This document shows, one piece after another, positions 43,890 through 57,144 of a stretch of DNA of 64,000 bases. The notes under the pieces are model-generated. The model was not told where the DNA came from. It did not search any database and saw nothing but the letters and a program-made list of their open reading frames with translations. Positions within the stretch are counted from its first letter, which is position 1. The number at the start of each line of letters is the position of its first letter. The position numbers and the translations under genes are program-made. This DNA comes from Octopus vulgaris (lineage: Eukaryota): assembly GCA_951406725.2 (NCBI GenBank), contig OX597820.1, positions 86,490,001 to 86,554,000 of the forward strand, given 5' to 3'.

Positions 43890-45832
43890 AGTAAGCAGAT
43901 GCATTAGCAACCTATCCTTCGACGAAACATCACCCTATAGAGTTAAAACCAAACAAAACCAAGCAATCATCCGCAGCAATTGTTAAAACACAATAGCACA
44001 TGATCCACCCACTGTTTGGAGGTGACGGAGAGTTTACTCCTAGTTGATCCCATCGTCCTTTCGAATCAACAAACATGTCATTTCATGAAGAAAAGATTCG
44101 AAAGATACAAATGTATGTTGGAACGAATGAAAATGCACACATCACAGAAATAAAAGCAATGCATAAAAGAATTAACTGAACTCTTTTAAAATGCTGTGAA
44201 CAGACTTTCCAACATAAATGAGAAACCTGTTAATAATCTGGTGCAGATTTCCATTAACACAGCTTCTGAGAAAGTCCTAATTTTACGAAACCAATGAAAG
44301 TGTAACATCACTTTTTTCAATGAAGCAGCCAAGTCTGATACAAGTCTGATATTCTGTCTACAATATTTGCCTATTATAGTGGAACTCTTATGAAAAGCAA
44401 ATCTATTTTCATAATGAAGTTAAAAGGTGTCATTCTTCAGAAATTCAAGGATACTATACTTATTCATCTGTGAATGAAGAAGATGACGGACAGTAATATG
44501 AGACAATTATACTGACACTTCCCTCTTGTCTACAAACGTCAAATCTTGGCAAGAATACTTCTGAATCACTCCATTGACCATCTTACAAATAACGATCTCC
44601 TTCAAGAAAGCCAATGTATCTTCCATTCAGAAGGTGGCATTACTGACATATATTTTGCAATGAGGCGGGTGACATATATACAGCAAAATATTTGTTCATC
44701 TTACAACATCGTGTATAGTGGTGCTTTGTGGAGAATCTTTGCTCAACATGTTTTCCACCCATCTCCGTGTACGCCAGTTTTATAGTATTATGCTGGTGAG
44801 TGTTAAAAACAATGGAATTTTTTTCTGTAATAAATTGTATGAAACGTGATTTGCGTTTTATTACTTATCCACTTCAGTGTCATGTTTTTACTGAGTTATT
44901 ACAAATGTCTTTACGTAAACTTCCACCTGAACTTGAAAATGGATAAAAATATGATGGTAAATTGTTTGAATTTTGTTTGCATATTTTGCTTACAGGTAAA
45001 ATACAGAGTTACATATGTGTCTAAACTGCTATTCAGAGATTATTGCGGATTACTTGCTCAAGATGAGGCCAACATATATATGCCGATCGATTTGCGAAGG
45101 CATGCAGCAACTTCCTGGAACAAAAGTAAACTGGATCTAGCAGGTAATGTAAACAATTTTGAATATCTTCAAATTACACTAGCGTCAAATGCTTGCAATA
45201 ATGCTGAGATCTTGTCAGGTATTGGCAAAGTGAGTGCAGTTTTTGGAAAATTATGGTAGCGCAGATATTTATTTTAGTAACAGAATTAAATAAACTTCAC
45301 AATGTTGCCGTCTTTCACCTTCTCCAGTATTCTGATGGAATTCTTGCTAAAAAAAAACTTACTCATTCTGCGTCTTGCATAACGGGGATTATAGATATAA
45401 ATTGACAGGATAGAATTTCCGATATAAACCTTCTCACAAATTCGGCTACATCAAGCTGGGCATGTCAAAGTTCAAAACCCTAGACTGCCAACAACAATCT
45501 TACATTCCGAGCCGCAAGTGGAAGTGTAGTGTTGTTGTATCATTTAAAAGAAACAAAGATATACTTAGAGCAGTTGTAAAAGATTGTAACATCAACCCAA
45601 AGCCATGGAATGATCTTGTTCGAGATAGATCTACATGGATGAACTGTATTACCAGTGGCGCCAAGGTATTTGCTTCATTACAAATCAATGTTTGCGTCCA
45701 AAATGGAAGCCAACAAATTACTCCTTAGCAATCCTGATCGAAATGAACGTCAGTGTATATTCTGCGGGAAGAGGCTCTGTCAGGTTCAGAAGAATTTATA
45801 AATTCACAAGAAGTTAACTTCTGTAACCGCTT
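43890..45832 (+). mobile_element. Heavily decayed RTE-clade LINE (reverse transcriptase)
   Basis: ILARILLNHSIDHL...LQESQCIFHSEGGITDIYFAMR, KLLFRDYCGLLA (LLFADDCAL equivalent), FEYL...AEILSGIGKVSAVFGKL and WNDLVRDRSTW. Ends in a (CAT)n tail. Confidence 0.85.
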
Positions 45833-45954
45833 TATCATCATCATCATCAGCAGCATCAGCATCATCAGCATCATCATCAACATCATCATCACCATCACCA
45901 CCACCACCACCACCACCACCATCACCATCACCATCATCATCATCATCATCATCA

Positions 45955-46020
<66 letters not shown>

Positions 46021-46032
46021 TTTTTATTATTA

Positions 46033-46074
<42 letters not shown>

Positions 46075-46129
46075 TTATTATTACTATTTTTATTATTATT
46101 ATTATTATTTTTATTATTATTATTTTTAC

Positions 46130-46168
<39 letters not shown>

Positions 46169-46190
46169 CATTGTCATTATTATTATCATT

Positions 46191-46232
<42 letters not shown>

Positions 46233-47266
46233 GTTTTACATAGTAATCTAGCCTTTTACCGTTGGTGCTTAATCATCGTCTTATTCAACGGATGAGCTAT
46301 CATATACATACATTATACGTTCAAAAATATACATATATGTGTGTGGGCGCGCGCGTGTGTTTATATGTGTGCGCACGCGTTTATGATAATACGTAGTATG
46401 AAGCAATATTTAAATCGAATTTGAAAATAAATTAGCTCCGCTTCTTTTCTTTCCTCCTCTGCCTCCCCTTTTCTTCGTCCTCTTCTTCAGTCGTCTTCAT
46501 CTTTATATGTATTCTAGTGTATTAAATCAGTCAGCAATCTGCTTTACCAAACATAAAAACCTAATTTTTTTATATTTCAGTCCCAAAGGTATTTCCTCCA
46601 ATCACATATCAAACCTTCCTACCCGTTGTAAGACCCAGTTAACCAAATGACACGTGCAGATTGCATTTTACAATCTAACTAAGCCAAATAGTGATGAAAC
46701 GCCTAAGTCACAGTCCATAAAGTTATTCAAGCAATATATATTAGAAGCTTAACATAAGATGGCAGATTGGCAGACTCGCTAGAGCGTCTGGCATAGTACC
46801 TCTTATGTTTGTTCCGATTGACTATGTCAATTTTCCTTTTCATCACTCAGCAGCTGCCAGTAGAATATCGTTCCAGTCTACTGGTTTCGATGATATTGAC
46901 TAACCTGTCTTCTCTCGTAATCCTTGGCCTTCTGATGTAGATAAATTAGATAAATAGAAGTTATATGAATAGTAAAACAAGAACCGAAAATTGTGGCTCA
47001 GGTGCAACAAGACAAAATTTACCTAGATTTACTGGTGATACATTTTCAAACGGTGACAACCACTATTACTAGAATCCTTTTATTCAGACATTCAGGCTTA
47101 GAACGTCTTAAAATTTTAATGAACTTGGGAATGCATGACTCCAAGTTAAACATAAACGGAATTTGAAATAGCTTTAATGATCGAATGTTAAACTCGCACA
47201 CACTTCTCTCTCTAGCATAACGTGCGCAGTCGCACACATATAATTGTGTGCGTAATTATTTAAATC

Positions 47267-47402
47267 TGAGGTTCAAACAGAGAGATTTCAATAAATAGCA
47301 TATTACTAATCTACGTAGCACGGTTGAGTACTTTTTCGCTTAATTGGAATTCACACCACTATCAAACTACGGTCGTAATTGCCGATCTATCTATTTATCT
47401 CT
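47267..47402. repeat. 136-bp inverted repeat, left copy
   Basis: Reverse complement of 48892-49027. Confidence 0.9.
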
Positions 47403-48804
47403 GTATGCAGGTATGTATGTATGTATGTATGTATGTGTGTATGTATGTATGTATGTATGTATGTATGTATGTATGCATGTATGTATGTATGCATGCATGT
47501 ATGTATGTATGCATGCAGGCATGCAGGCTAAGGGGGCGAAACACATATGATCCTGAGATAGAGGCTGACGACATGGAAGGGTTTCCAGCATCTTATAATA
47601 ATTCTGCTTGTTTCTCTGTTACTTAGCATTCCATAACGCTTCCACATGATTGGTTGAAAGAAGAATGGACAGGTGGGAGGGTGTCATGAAGGGAGGGAGG
47701 GAGGAAGAAACATGGTGAAGGAGGAGGATAGAGATGGGGAGGGGGAGATAGAGAGAGGATAAGAGAGGGAGAGGTGGTGGTGAGTGAAATGAGTAATTTT
47801 TTTAAAGATTCTTACTCCGTTAAGGAGAAAAATAGGGTAAGGCAAAGAGTGAGAGAGAAAAAGGGAGAGTGCTGTGTATTAAGTCAATAAAATTGTGCAT
47901 AAATTATATAAAGTGTATACATAAAGCACATTAAGTAACCATCGTATTCCAATTTCCCTCACTTTCCAATGATTAGCAGATGAGCGTCTATTTTTTGATA
48001 CGGACACAACACAGGCTACGCTTCCAGAGTTTTGGATAAAGTTTTCAGAAATAACCCCATATGTTTACCATTAATTCCGTGAAATATTCAAAGGCCCGCT
48101 AGTTGTAATGAATATAGAAGATCTTGCCAAACCTGCGTGTGACTCCTGCAGTTTCCGCGTAGTGCAAAGCATCGCTGATGTTTATTTCACACACGAATGC
48201 ATATGCGTGTGTGTGTGTGTTGTTGTTGTAGTTGTAGTTGTTGTTGTTGTAGTTGTTGTTGTTGTAGTTGTTGTTGTTGTTATTGTTGACGTCATAAGAA
48301 TGTATAAACTTTCGAGAATCTAAGAAATTATACATGTTTGGAACTGGTCTTCCAAACATATACATGCAAAATTTTCCAACAGTCCAGCCAGTAGCTAAGA
48401 AACCGCTTAGAAAGGTAGTAGTCGTACCCGACTGTAATACCTTGTGTAATGTGTTTCGTCGTCATCCGGGTTCATTTCGACTGGTCACATCGCATCTTTA
48501 CACCGACTGTTTTCGTAGCCAAATTTACACTGACTCATCGTAGCCCCTTTCACACTGGCTATCTTTTTACTGTTTGTTTCCGCTGCCATCTTCACACTCC
48601 GCGTTCTTTACGTCACCGACTTCACAGCCTGTGTTCTTTAAGGCACCAACTAAGACTGCGCGTTCTTTTATCAGTCCAAATCGTCCACCTCGCAGCAAAG
48701 ACGCACAAAACCAAAAACAAAAAAAAACACGCGCAGCTTGCTTCAAGTTAGTGTCGTGATCAATAACGTTATTTCTCCTTCGTAACACAATAAATAATAG
48801 CATG

Positions 48805-49320
48805 TAACCATTGGGTCGTATGAATCATGTTCCTAACCTACCTGTTGAGATGTGGGTTCGAGTCCCATGGCATGACATGACATGTTGGGCAAGAGATAAA
48901 TAGATAGATCGGCAATTACGACCGTAGTTTGATAGTGGTGTGAATTCCAATTAAGCGAAAGATTACTCGACCGTGCTATGTAGTTTAGTAATATGTTATT
49001 TATTGAACTCTCTCTGTTTGAACCTCAAGCATCGGGCTGACCCAAAGTCTTGTGAATGGATTTGGTTTTGACGGAAATTGAAAGAAACCCGTCGTTTATA
49101 TATATATATATATATATATACGTATATACATGTGTGTGTTTGTGTGTGTGTGTGTGTGTCCACACACCAGCTTCATCACCTGTATTGTTTAGTTTACTTC
49201 CATATAACTTAGTGCTCTAGCCAATGAGCACGGTAGTAGAGTGGCAGGTGTTACAATAAGTAAATACTGGAGTCGACCTGTTCGGCTAACCACTTTGGGT
49301 CGTATAAGGCACTGTGTGAT
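48805..49320 (+). mobile_element. SINE family O, diverged and split by a 136-bp insertion
   Basis: B box gggttcgagtcc...ttgggcaag, then the insertion, then gcatcgggctgacccaaagtcttgtgaatggatttgg. Confidence 0.7.
48892..49027. repeat. 136-bp inverted repeat, right copy
   Basis: Reverse complement of 47267-47402. Confidence 0.9.
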
Positions 49321-49342
49321 TGAGTATCTGTGTGATTGTGTA

Positions 49343-49401
<59 letters not shown>

Positions 49402-49417
49402 TAGTAGTAGTAGTGGT

Positions 49418-49640
49418 CAAAGGCGACAAGCTAGCAGAATCATTAGCACACTGAGCAAAATGCTTAGCGGCATTTCGTCTGTCTTCATGTTCTTCTGTTC
49501 AAATTCTGCTGAGGTCGACTTTGCCTTTCATTCTTTGGGGTCGATAAATAAAGTACCAGTTGAATACTGATACTGCGGTCAATGCAGACGACTTAACCCC
49601 TCCCCCCTCCCGAATTTCAGGTCTATAGTAGAAAGGATTA
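49418..49640 (+). mobile_element. SINE family M
   Basis: aaggcgacaagctagcagaatcattagc...gttcaaattctgctgaggtcgactttgcctttca. Confidence 0.88.
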
Positions 49641-49666
49641 GTAGTAGTAGTCGTAGTAGTAGTAGT

Positions 49667-49710
<44 letters not shown>

Positions 49711-50002
49711 GAGTAGCAGCAGCAGCAGTAGTAGTATTAGTCTTCAAACTCGTTTGATTTGCAACTTAATATCTTTGGCTTCTAGCTCGTCGCCAAATGG
49801 AGAGATGCAGGAAATTCAATATGGCTACCGGAAATTAGACTACTATTCATCAAGCGGTTCACACAGTGCTATTAGAAGTGAGATCTACACTCCAGCTATA
49901 CTAGATGCAATAAAAAAGAGAATTTCTTAGATCGTGTACAGTTATAGAAGTGAGGAAGTTGATACATGTATAGACGGTATATGTATAGATGTATGTGCAT
50001 GC

Positions 50003-50038
<36 letters not shown>

Positions 50039-50143
50039 CTTAGAATATATATATTTATATATCTATATATATATATATAGATATACATAAGTTACATATA
50101 CATTTATACATACATACAAACATATACATACATATGCATATAC

Positions 50144-50233
<90 letters not shown>

Positions 50234-50262
50234 GTGTGTGTGTATGTATATGCATATGTATG

Positions 50263-50294
<32 letters not shown>

Positions 50295-51019
50295 TGTATA
50301 AATGCATATGTAACTTATGTATATATATATATATATAAAGATGTATAAATATATATATATACGTACACTAAGGATCTGTTATGTGAAACAATCGCTTGAA
50401 GTTCCATTCTGCGTACTGGTTTTCCTCTTCTACATTTTTTTGTGGAACATTTAACTGATCCATGTGTCTAAGTGTGTGTGGGTGGAAGGGCGCGTATGTG
50501 TTTGTTTACAAATGAAAGAAAATGCAACAATAAACAGCCTTGGCGTATAAATATTTAATTTTTGCATTTGCAAATTTGTTTGTACGTTTGTAGATGCGTA
50601 TGTGATAGTGTGCACGCTTGTTTGTGCGTATATACATACATACATACATATGTGTGAGTGTGTATGCATTTGTACGTATGAATTATATATATGTGTGTAT
50701 ATATATATGTATGTATATATGTATATTTATATATCTCTGCATATATATATATATATATGCATATATATGCATATACATATATGTATATATATACATATGT
50801 GTGTAAGTATAAGTATGTATGTATTTATGTATGTAATTATGTAGGTGTTTGTTTATGCCTGCATTTATATGTCTGTATGTGTTCTTATGCCTGTGCTTTT
50901 GCGATTTGCATCTCTCTAGGGATCTATTCCTCTATCTACCTCTCTATTTCTCTGTATTCCCTTCTCTCCCCCAACCACGCTTAAGTATATATGTATGTAT
51001 GTATATGTATGTATGTGTA

Positions 51020-51080
<61 letters not shown>

Positions 51081-51451
51081 ATATATATATACATACATAA
51101 TATATATATGTATGTGTAATATATACATATATACATATCATATATATATATGTATGTCTGTCGATTCTATTATATATTATATATATGTAATGTATGCAGG
51201 TGTATATACCTACTTATGTGCGTATTTTTGTTCATGCACGTGGATATATGTAATCACCTCTAGGATTAATTAGCGAAGCTCTGCATTGCCAATTTCGTTA
51301 ATGTATTCAAATGTGCAGCTGCTAGATTGTGTGATAGGAAGTTGTGCTAATTATCAATACCTAACTTTATTAAATTATTTCATTATTTTCTACTCTTTGC
51401 GTGGTTACGTTCCACAAGGTATAACAGTATACGTTCCCTGTTCCGGCTAAA

Positions 51452-52010
51452 TAATACACTAACCTACAAATACGCTGATCCACACCTACACAACTATATA
51501 CTTGCACTACCCACACTAATACCAATCTACATTAGCACTAACCCACATTTACACTAGTATGCATTACACTAACATATACAGCCAACACATTAATCCATAT
51601 TTACACTAATCCTCACTTATATTGATCTACAGTTACACTAACTCGCATTACACTAACATACACATTGACCAATATCACAATAAGGCTAATTTCACTAAGA
51701 CACACCTTCAGTAATCCGCATTACTCTAATACATAATTGCACAGAACCAGGTTACACAAACTCACAATAATACTAACCTACATTTATTTTGAGCCACAAT
51801 TACCCTAACCGAAGCTTACAGGTTACGTTCATCGGCAGGCTCATATTTCACAAATATGCAATTATATTAAGTCACATACATTAACCCACACTTACATTAG
51901 ACTAAAATATATATGAAAATATATAACAAAAACCCTTATTACACTAACCCACATCATTCTAATGCCCACGTTAATCCACACCATACTAACCATACTAACT
52001 CCTACATTAG
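51452..52010. repeat. Degenerate minisatellite built on a cacattacactaac-like unit
   Basis: Recurrent (t)acactaa(c/t) motifs with strong A/C strand skew over ~560 bp. Confidence 0.7.
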
Positions 52011-52014
52011 GCTA

Positions 52015-53980
52015 AAACCTAGGTTCTCAAAGTGGGGGTCCGTGGTCCCCTAGGGTATTGCGAAGCGATTTTAGAGGACCGCGAAGCGACTCTGATTATC
52101 GGGCTTTATAAGACATTATTTGACCAAAAATGTGTTTACTGAACTGAGAGAATTCTTAAACCAAGTTGTCACAGAACAACCTTTAATGATGACTTCAAAT
52201 TGAAGAGCCAATAGTTAAGTTCAGACAAGGCTTGCAAAAACCACCTTCACCACTACTGCAGTACACTTGTTGACATAACAACTGAGGTTGTATCCAAGAG
52301 TCTGCCATACAAGTGGAGCCAGGTGTAAGTAGTTCATCATAGTGCTGAAAAAAAAACCTAGTCTCGAGACCTACATTAATAGGTGGAAAGTTACATTGAG
52401 AATGCACGCAGTTTATCTGATTATCCCCCTGTGATGAGATTTAATGAAGGATAAACCTATCATCCACATTTCTCTTTGTGTTATTGACCGTATTGCATGA
52501 TTTCTCTTGAGTTAATTTTTTTCTGGCCTAGTTATGCTGACTCAATTGCGTGACCTTTGTAACATGTCTCTCGTTTGTAACCTCGAAGTCAACTCGACCA
52601 AACAACCCTTTCTCTTAACGACACAATAACCTTAGTCATCCTTGACTACACACGTCTGCTCTGCCCATCAGTGCCTGAGTCTTCTTGCCAAAGTGTTATT
52701 TTGCATTCTACTGAATTACTGGGATCGTTATAGGCTACTAAAAAATTCAGTTAGAAATTACTTGACCACCGTTTTGTGGACATTTCTTTCTCTGGTTACA
52801 TCTCTCCGTGCTATACATTGACACATCGGTTGTTACCCCACTCATTCCGGTAAGCCTTTTTTTTTTAGTATTCATTTAACTGAGGTGACCAAATTTCGAA
52901 CTCCAGATAACACTTTATCCGGATATTATCCGCAAACAATCGTAAAAAATCGTAGTGCCGAATATGATTTTTAACTGATGCATATTTATGATTTTGTGTG
53001 TGCATATTTCCATGTTTGTCGTTCATTCAATTATTTCAAAATGCTTAATTAAGTAATATACATAAAAAATGTCCGTCTTCAGGTTATAGCTACATTATAT
53101 TACATTATATTACATTATATTATTACATTATATTTTTTTTGCCTTCAGAATGCCTCCAAAATAGAAGATGAGATATGACGAATCATATTTGAAAATCGGT
53201 TTTACAGTGATAAATTCTGGTGAAGAAGAAAAACCGCAGTGCATTTTGTGCTTCGAAGTGTTGGCAACTACTTCACTAAAGCCCAGCATGTGAAAGAGAC
53301 ACTTGGAAACTAAGCATCCCAGTTCAACTCAAAAAGATGCAGACTTCTTCAAACGCAAAACCGAAAGAGTGATTGACTCCAGACTTGGTGACTTGGAAAT
53401 GTTTTCGCAAGACATTACGGCTGGTCTGAAGGCTTCTTATGAGGTTTCAAGGAAAATTGCTGCCGGCAGATAATCCCATAACATTGGAGAAACGTTGATA
53501 TTGCCTTGCAGCAAAGATATTATGTCGAATGTGCTGGGAAGTTCTGAATTACAAAAGCTAAGGTATGCGTCCCTGTCAAACGATACTGTTTGCTGGCGAA
53601 TAACCGAAATGTCCTATAACATTCTGTCACAAGTGGTCTTGAAAATTCAGAATTCAATGTTTAACGTTTTTGCAATCAAATTTGATAAAATGACGGATGT
53701 CGCCAACTTTGCGACTATGTTGGTTATGTACATGACAAGCACCTGGCAGACAAATTCTTGTTTTACGAAAGCCTAAGTACCGAGACAACTGCAAAGGAAA
53801 TATTTGTCAAAGTTGCAAAAATACGCACGGTATTAGGTGGGAGCGTGTTGTTGGAGTGTGTACCGACGGTGGTCCGGTGATGCCTGATTGCCGTTCTGGT
53901 TTTCAAACTTTGGTGAAAGAAATGTCTACAGATGCTATTGGTACACACTCCTTATTCATCGTCAAGCACTGATGGTAATC
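52015..53980 (+). mobile_element. hAT (Buster/Charlie-type) DNA transposon, 3'-truncated
   Basis: Left end ggttctcaaagtgggggtccgtggtcccctaggg is typical of Charlie-type termini. Transposase pseudogene lies downstream. Right end not found. Confidence 0.75.
53150..53975 (+). pseudogene. hAT/Buster-type transposase pseudogene (BED-finger N-terminus to HxxxHRQAL)
   Basis: RYDESYLKIGFT...KPQCILCFEVLATTSLKPSM*KRHLETKHP...ASYEVSRKIA...HNIGETLILPC...SLSNDTV...FAIKFDKMTDV. Contains in-frame stops and frameshifts. A polypyrimidine-CAG acceptor lies just before the ATG. Confidence 0.9.
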
Positions 53981-54320
53981 GGAGTTGATAAAACAAGTAC
54001 CAGTTTCATTATTTTATTATATAAACACAATATATATATATATAAATAGATGAGTGTATTTTTCCATTGTTAACAAATAATACGGAAAAAAAGTAAATAA
54101 ATAGTTACCAGGGTAGCAAAAAATCACACAAGTAAAGAGGGTGTAACTCCTTGTTCTTAAAGGTAGAAACTTCGGGTTTACGTGGAATTTTTTGTACAAT
54201 ATATAAATAAATAAAATGGAGTTTAACGCAGGTATAATTCAAATACTTTTACTTCCGACACATGTTTCAAAGATATCACTGATATTATTCCAATAATAAT
54301 TTTATCACTGATATTATTCT

Positions 54321-54355
<35 letters not shown>

Positions 54356-54364
<9 letters not shown>

Positions 54365-54647
54365 TTAGAGACAAAACCACTATTATGCAAATCAAACAAA
54401 GAAAGACTTAATCCAATACATAAAAAATTTTATATAAATTAAATATAATTAAGATATCCACTACGATCGTTTCTTGTCACTTCTATTGACATTCATCAGG
54501 TGGTTTCAAGACCCTCTTTGCAAGTTTTAAACGATCGTAGTAGATATCTTAATTATATTTAATTTATATAAAAAATTTTATGTATTGGATTAAGTCTTTC
54601 TTTGTTTCATTTGCATAATAGTGGTTTTGTCTCTAATTAATATTATA
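54356..54647. mobile_element. Penelope-like inverted pseudo-LTR pair (fold-back, ~117-bp arms)
   Basis: 54356-54472 is nearly the reverse complement of 54529-54647. Contains a hammerhead motif. Flanked by (TA)n. A third fragment lies at 54918-54960. Confidence 0.8.
54458..54503 (-). ncRNA. Minimal type-I hammerhead ribozyme
   Basis: ccac-CTGATGA-atgtca-atagaag-tgacaa-GAAA-cgatcg-TA-gtgg. Stem I ccac/gtgg, stem II tgtca/tgaca, palindromic stem III acgatcgt, GUA cleavage triplet. Confidence 0.8.
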
Positions 54648-54727
54648 TTATATTTTACTATAAAATTGGATTCAATCCTAAATCCGATTTTTCCCTGTAA
54701 ATTTGGATTTATTTCCTAATATTTATT

Positions 54728-54770
<43 letters not shown>

Positions 54771-54784
54771 TATATACATATATA

Positions 54785-54864
<80 letters not shown>

Positions 54865-54955
54865 TTAGGGATTAATTGTGTTTACATATATGTATATATA
54901 TGATATATATATATATATGTTTGATTTGCCTAATAGTGGTTTTATCTCTAATTTA

Positions 54956-55006
<51 letters not shown>

Positions 55007-55811
55007 GATAGAATGTCTTCCATGCTACACCACTGGAGCAGAGTGTTAAAGAACATTTTAACGAATTTTTTCATCAGTTTCGTAAAATTAGGTTTATACT
55101 TTCAAATTTTCATACTATTTATGACGTCATATTTTTAATCTCTCTCTCTCTAAGCGAATGTATGTGTGCACGAATGTGTTAATGCCAAGTTGAGCGTGTG
55201 TGTGCGTGTGTGTATCTGTGTGTGTGCGTGTGTGTGCGTGCGCTTATGAGCGGCCGTGTGTTATGATTATATCTATATCAACATAATTGTTTCAGACTGC
55301 GTATGTGCGTCTGTCTTCTACAAATCATAAAGCGTATGCTTGTACGATGTAAGGGTACATATTTATATTTAAAAGCTTTACTGATCATATAAAATATTTG
55401 CTTGTGCTTCTTTGTAAACTTTTATACATACACACACACATACACATATGTATATATGCGTATGTATGTGTGTATACATGTATGTATGCATATATATATA
55501 TATCATATAAACAAACGCACACACCACACATATATACATAAATACAAATATATGCGTTTACATATATACATATATGTAAACGCATATATTTGTATATATG
55601 TATATATGTGTGGTGTGTGTGTTTGTGTGTGTATACTTATATGTATATGTGTATATATATAAATGTGTGTGTATGTGTGTGTGTCTGTGTGTGTATACAT
55701 ACATGTACATATATATATATATGTGTGTGTGTGTGTATGCATTTATAAATATCTATATTTGTATGTACCTATATATTATAGAAGCACATACATTATATTT
55801 ATACACATACG

Positions 55812-55856
<45 letters not shown>

Positions 55857-55877
55857 CTTTATACACACACATATGTG

Positions 55878-55921
<44 letters not shown>

Positions 55922-56320
55922 CAACGTTAATAACTATATAAATATCTATACAAGCATATTGAGACGCCACACATTCCCCTACGATCTAAGCAATTAATCT
56001 TCATATCCTAACTTTATCGACCAGCTTTGTATTCTTCACACAAGCTGTTTGCAATTGGCAGAGCAGAAAACATTGACAAATTACATAGCGTTTTGGTGGC
56101 TGGGTCAGATTGAAGACTTTTTATATTTTTGTTTTCATTTTTGTTTTTATTTTGTTTCTGGGTTTTTGTTTTTTGTTTGCTTTTTACATAGTTATTTGTT
56201 GGCAACGTGATAGAAAGAGGACTGTTGTGGTCAACTGGTTATTGATCGAACCTCTTTCTCTGTAGTGTTGTCAGTTCGTGTCCCATGCGAGGAGCTGCTT
56301 TTTTTTTTGGACACATAGTC

Positions 56321-56349
<29 letters not shown>

Positions 56350-56351
<2 letters not shown>

Positions 56352-56998
56352 CAGTATTCTTATTTTTTTCACGTGCTTTCACTGCACTACCGAGCACAGC
56401 TCTGTGTGCCTTGGGTATGGGCTGTGGTTTCTTGGGATGCTCTTATGATTACTGTATTGAAAGTGTCTTGCGTAGGATGTGTGCAGTGCCCTGTAGTGCA
56501 ATTTTCTGTATGTTATATATATTTGTTAGTTATGTATTTGTCTAAATATTTTTATCATACCTAATGCGCCCACAATGATAGGAATCGTTTCTGTTTATAT
56601 ACTCCACATTCGAGTTACCTCTATTTCCAGGTCTTTATATTTTGAAAGTTTCTCTATTTCTTTTAGAGAAACGTTGTCATCTGTTGGTATTGATATATCA
56701 ATTAAAAAGCTTTATTTTTTTTCTTCCTGATCTCTCACAACTCTGGCCAATCGGCCTTAATTCCTCTGTTTATGTGAAGTGGCATATCCCATAATATTGT
56801 TGCTTTCTCCATTTTCTTTGACATTCTCTGGTGTGTGCATATACCATTTTTTTAATTCCATAGTGTTGGCATAGCTTCCACTGTATGTAGGTCCCAACAC
56901 TGTCATGTCTTAGCTAAGACTGGGCAGCCAGAAACAATATGATTTATTGTTTCTTGTCCACCACGACATATTCTGCAGTTACTTATGTTCCTTTTCAA
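56350..56998 (-). mobile_element. Dong/R4-like LINE 3' fragment
   Basis: RHDSVGTYIQWKLCQHYG, KEIEKLSKYKDLEIEVTRMW and QKIALQGTAHILRKTLSIQ. (TAA)n at both ends. Same family as 7596-8122. Confidence 0.9.
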
Positions 56999-57027
56999 TT
57001 ATCATTATTATTATTATTATTATTATT

Positions 57028-57144
<117 letters not shown>

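Noticed and set aside
47267-49027. A 1.76-kb DNA transposon bounded by 136-bp TIRs
   Set aside because: A single SINE straddles the right repeat and no TSD is visible, so the repeats do not bound one mobile unit.
51452-52010. CRISPR-like or telomeric array
   Set aside because: No constant repeat with unique spacers and no TTAGGG units. It is a degenerate minisatellite in eukaryotic DNA.
53150-53975. Domesticated ZBED5/SCAND3-like host gene
   Set aside because: It has several stops and frameshifts, is truncated, and has a transposon terminus upstream.
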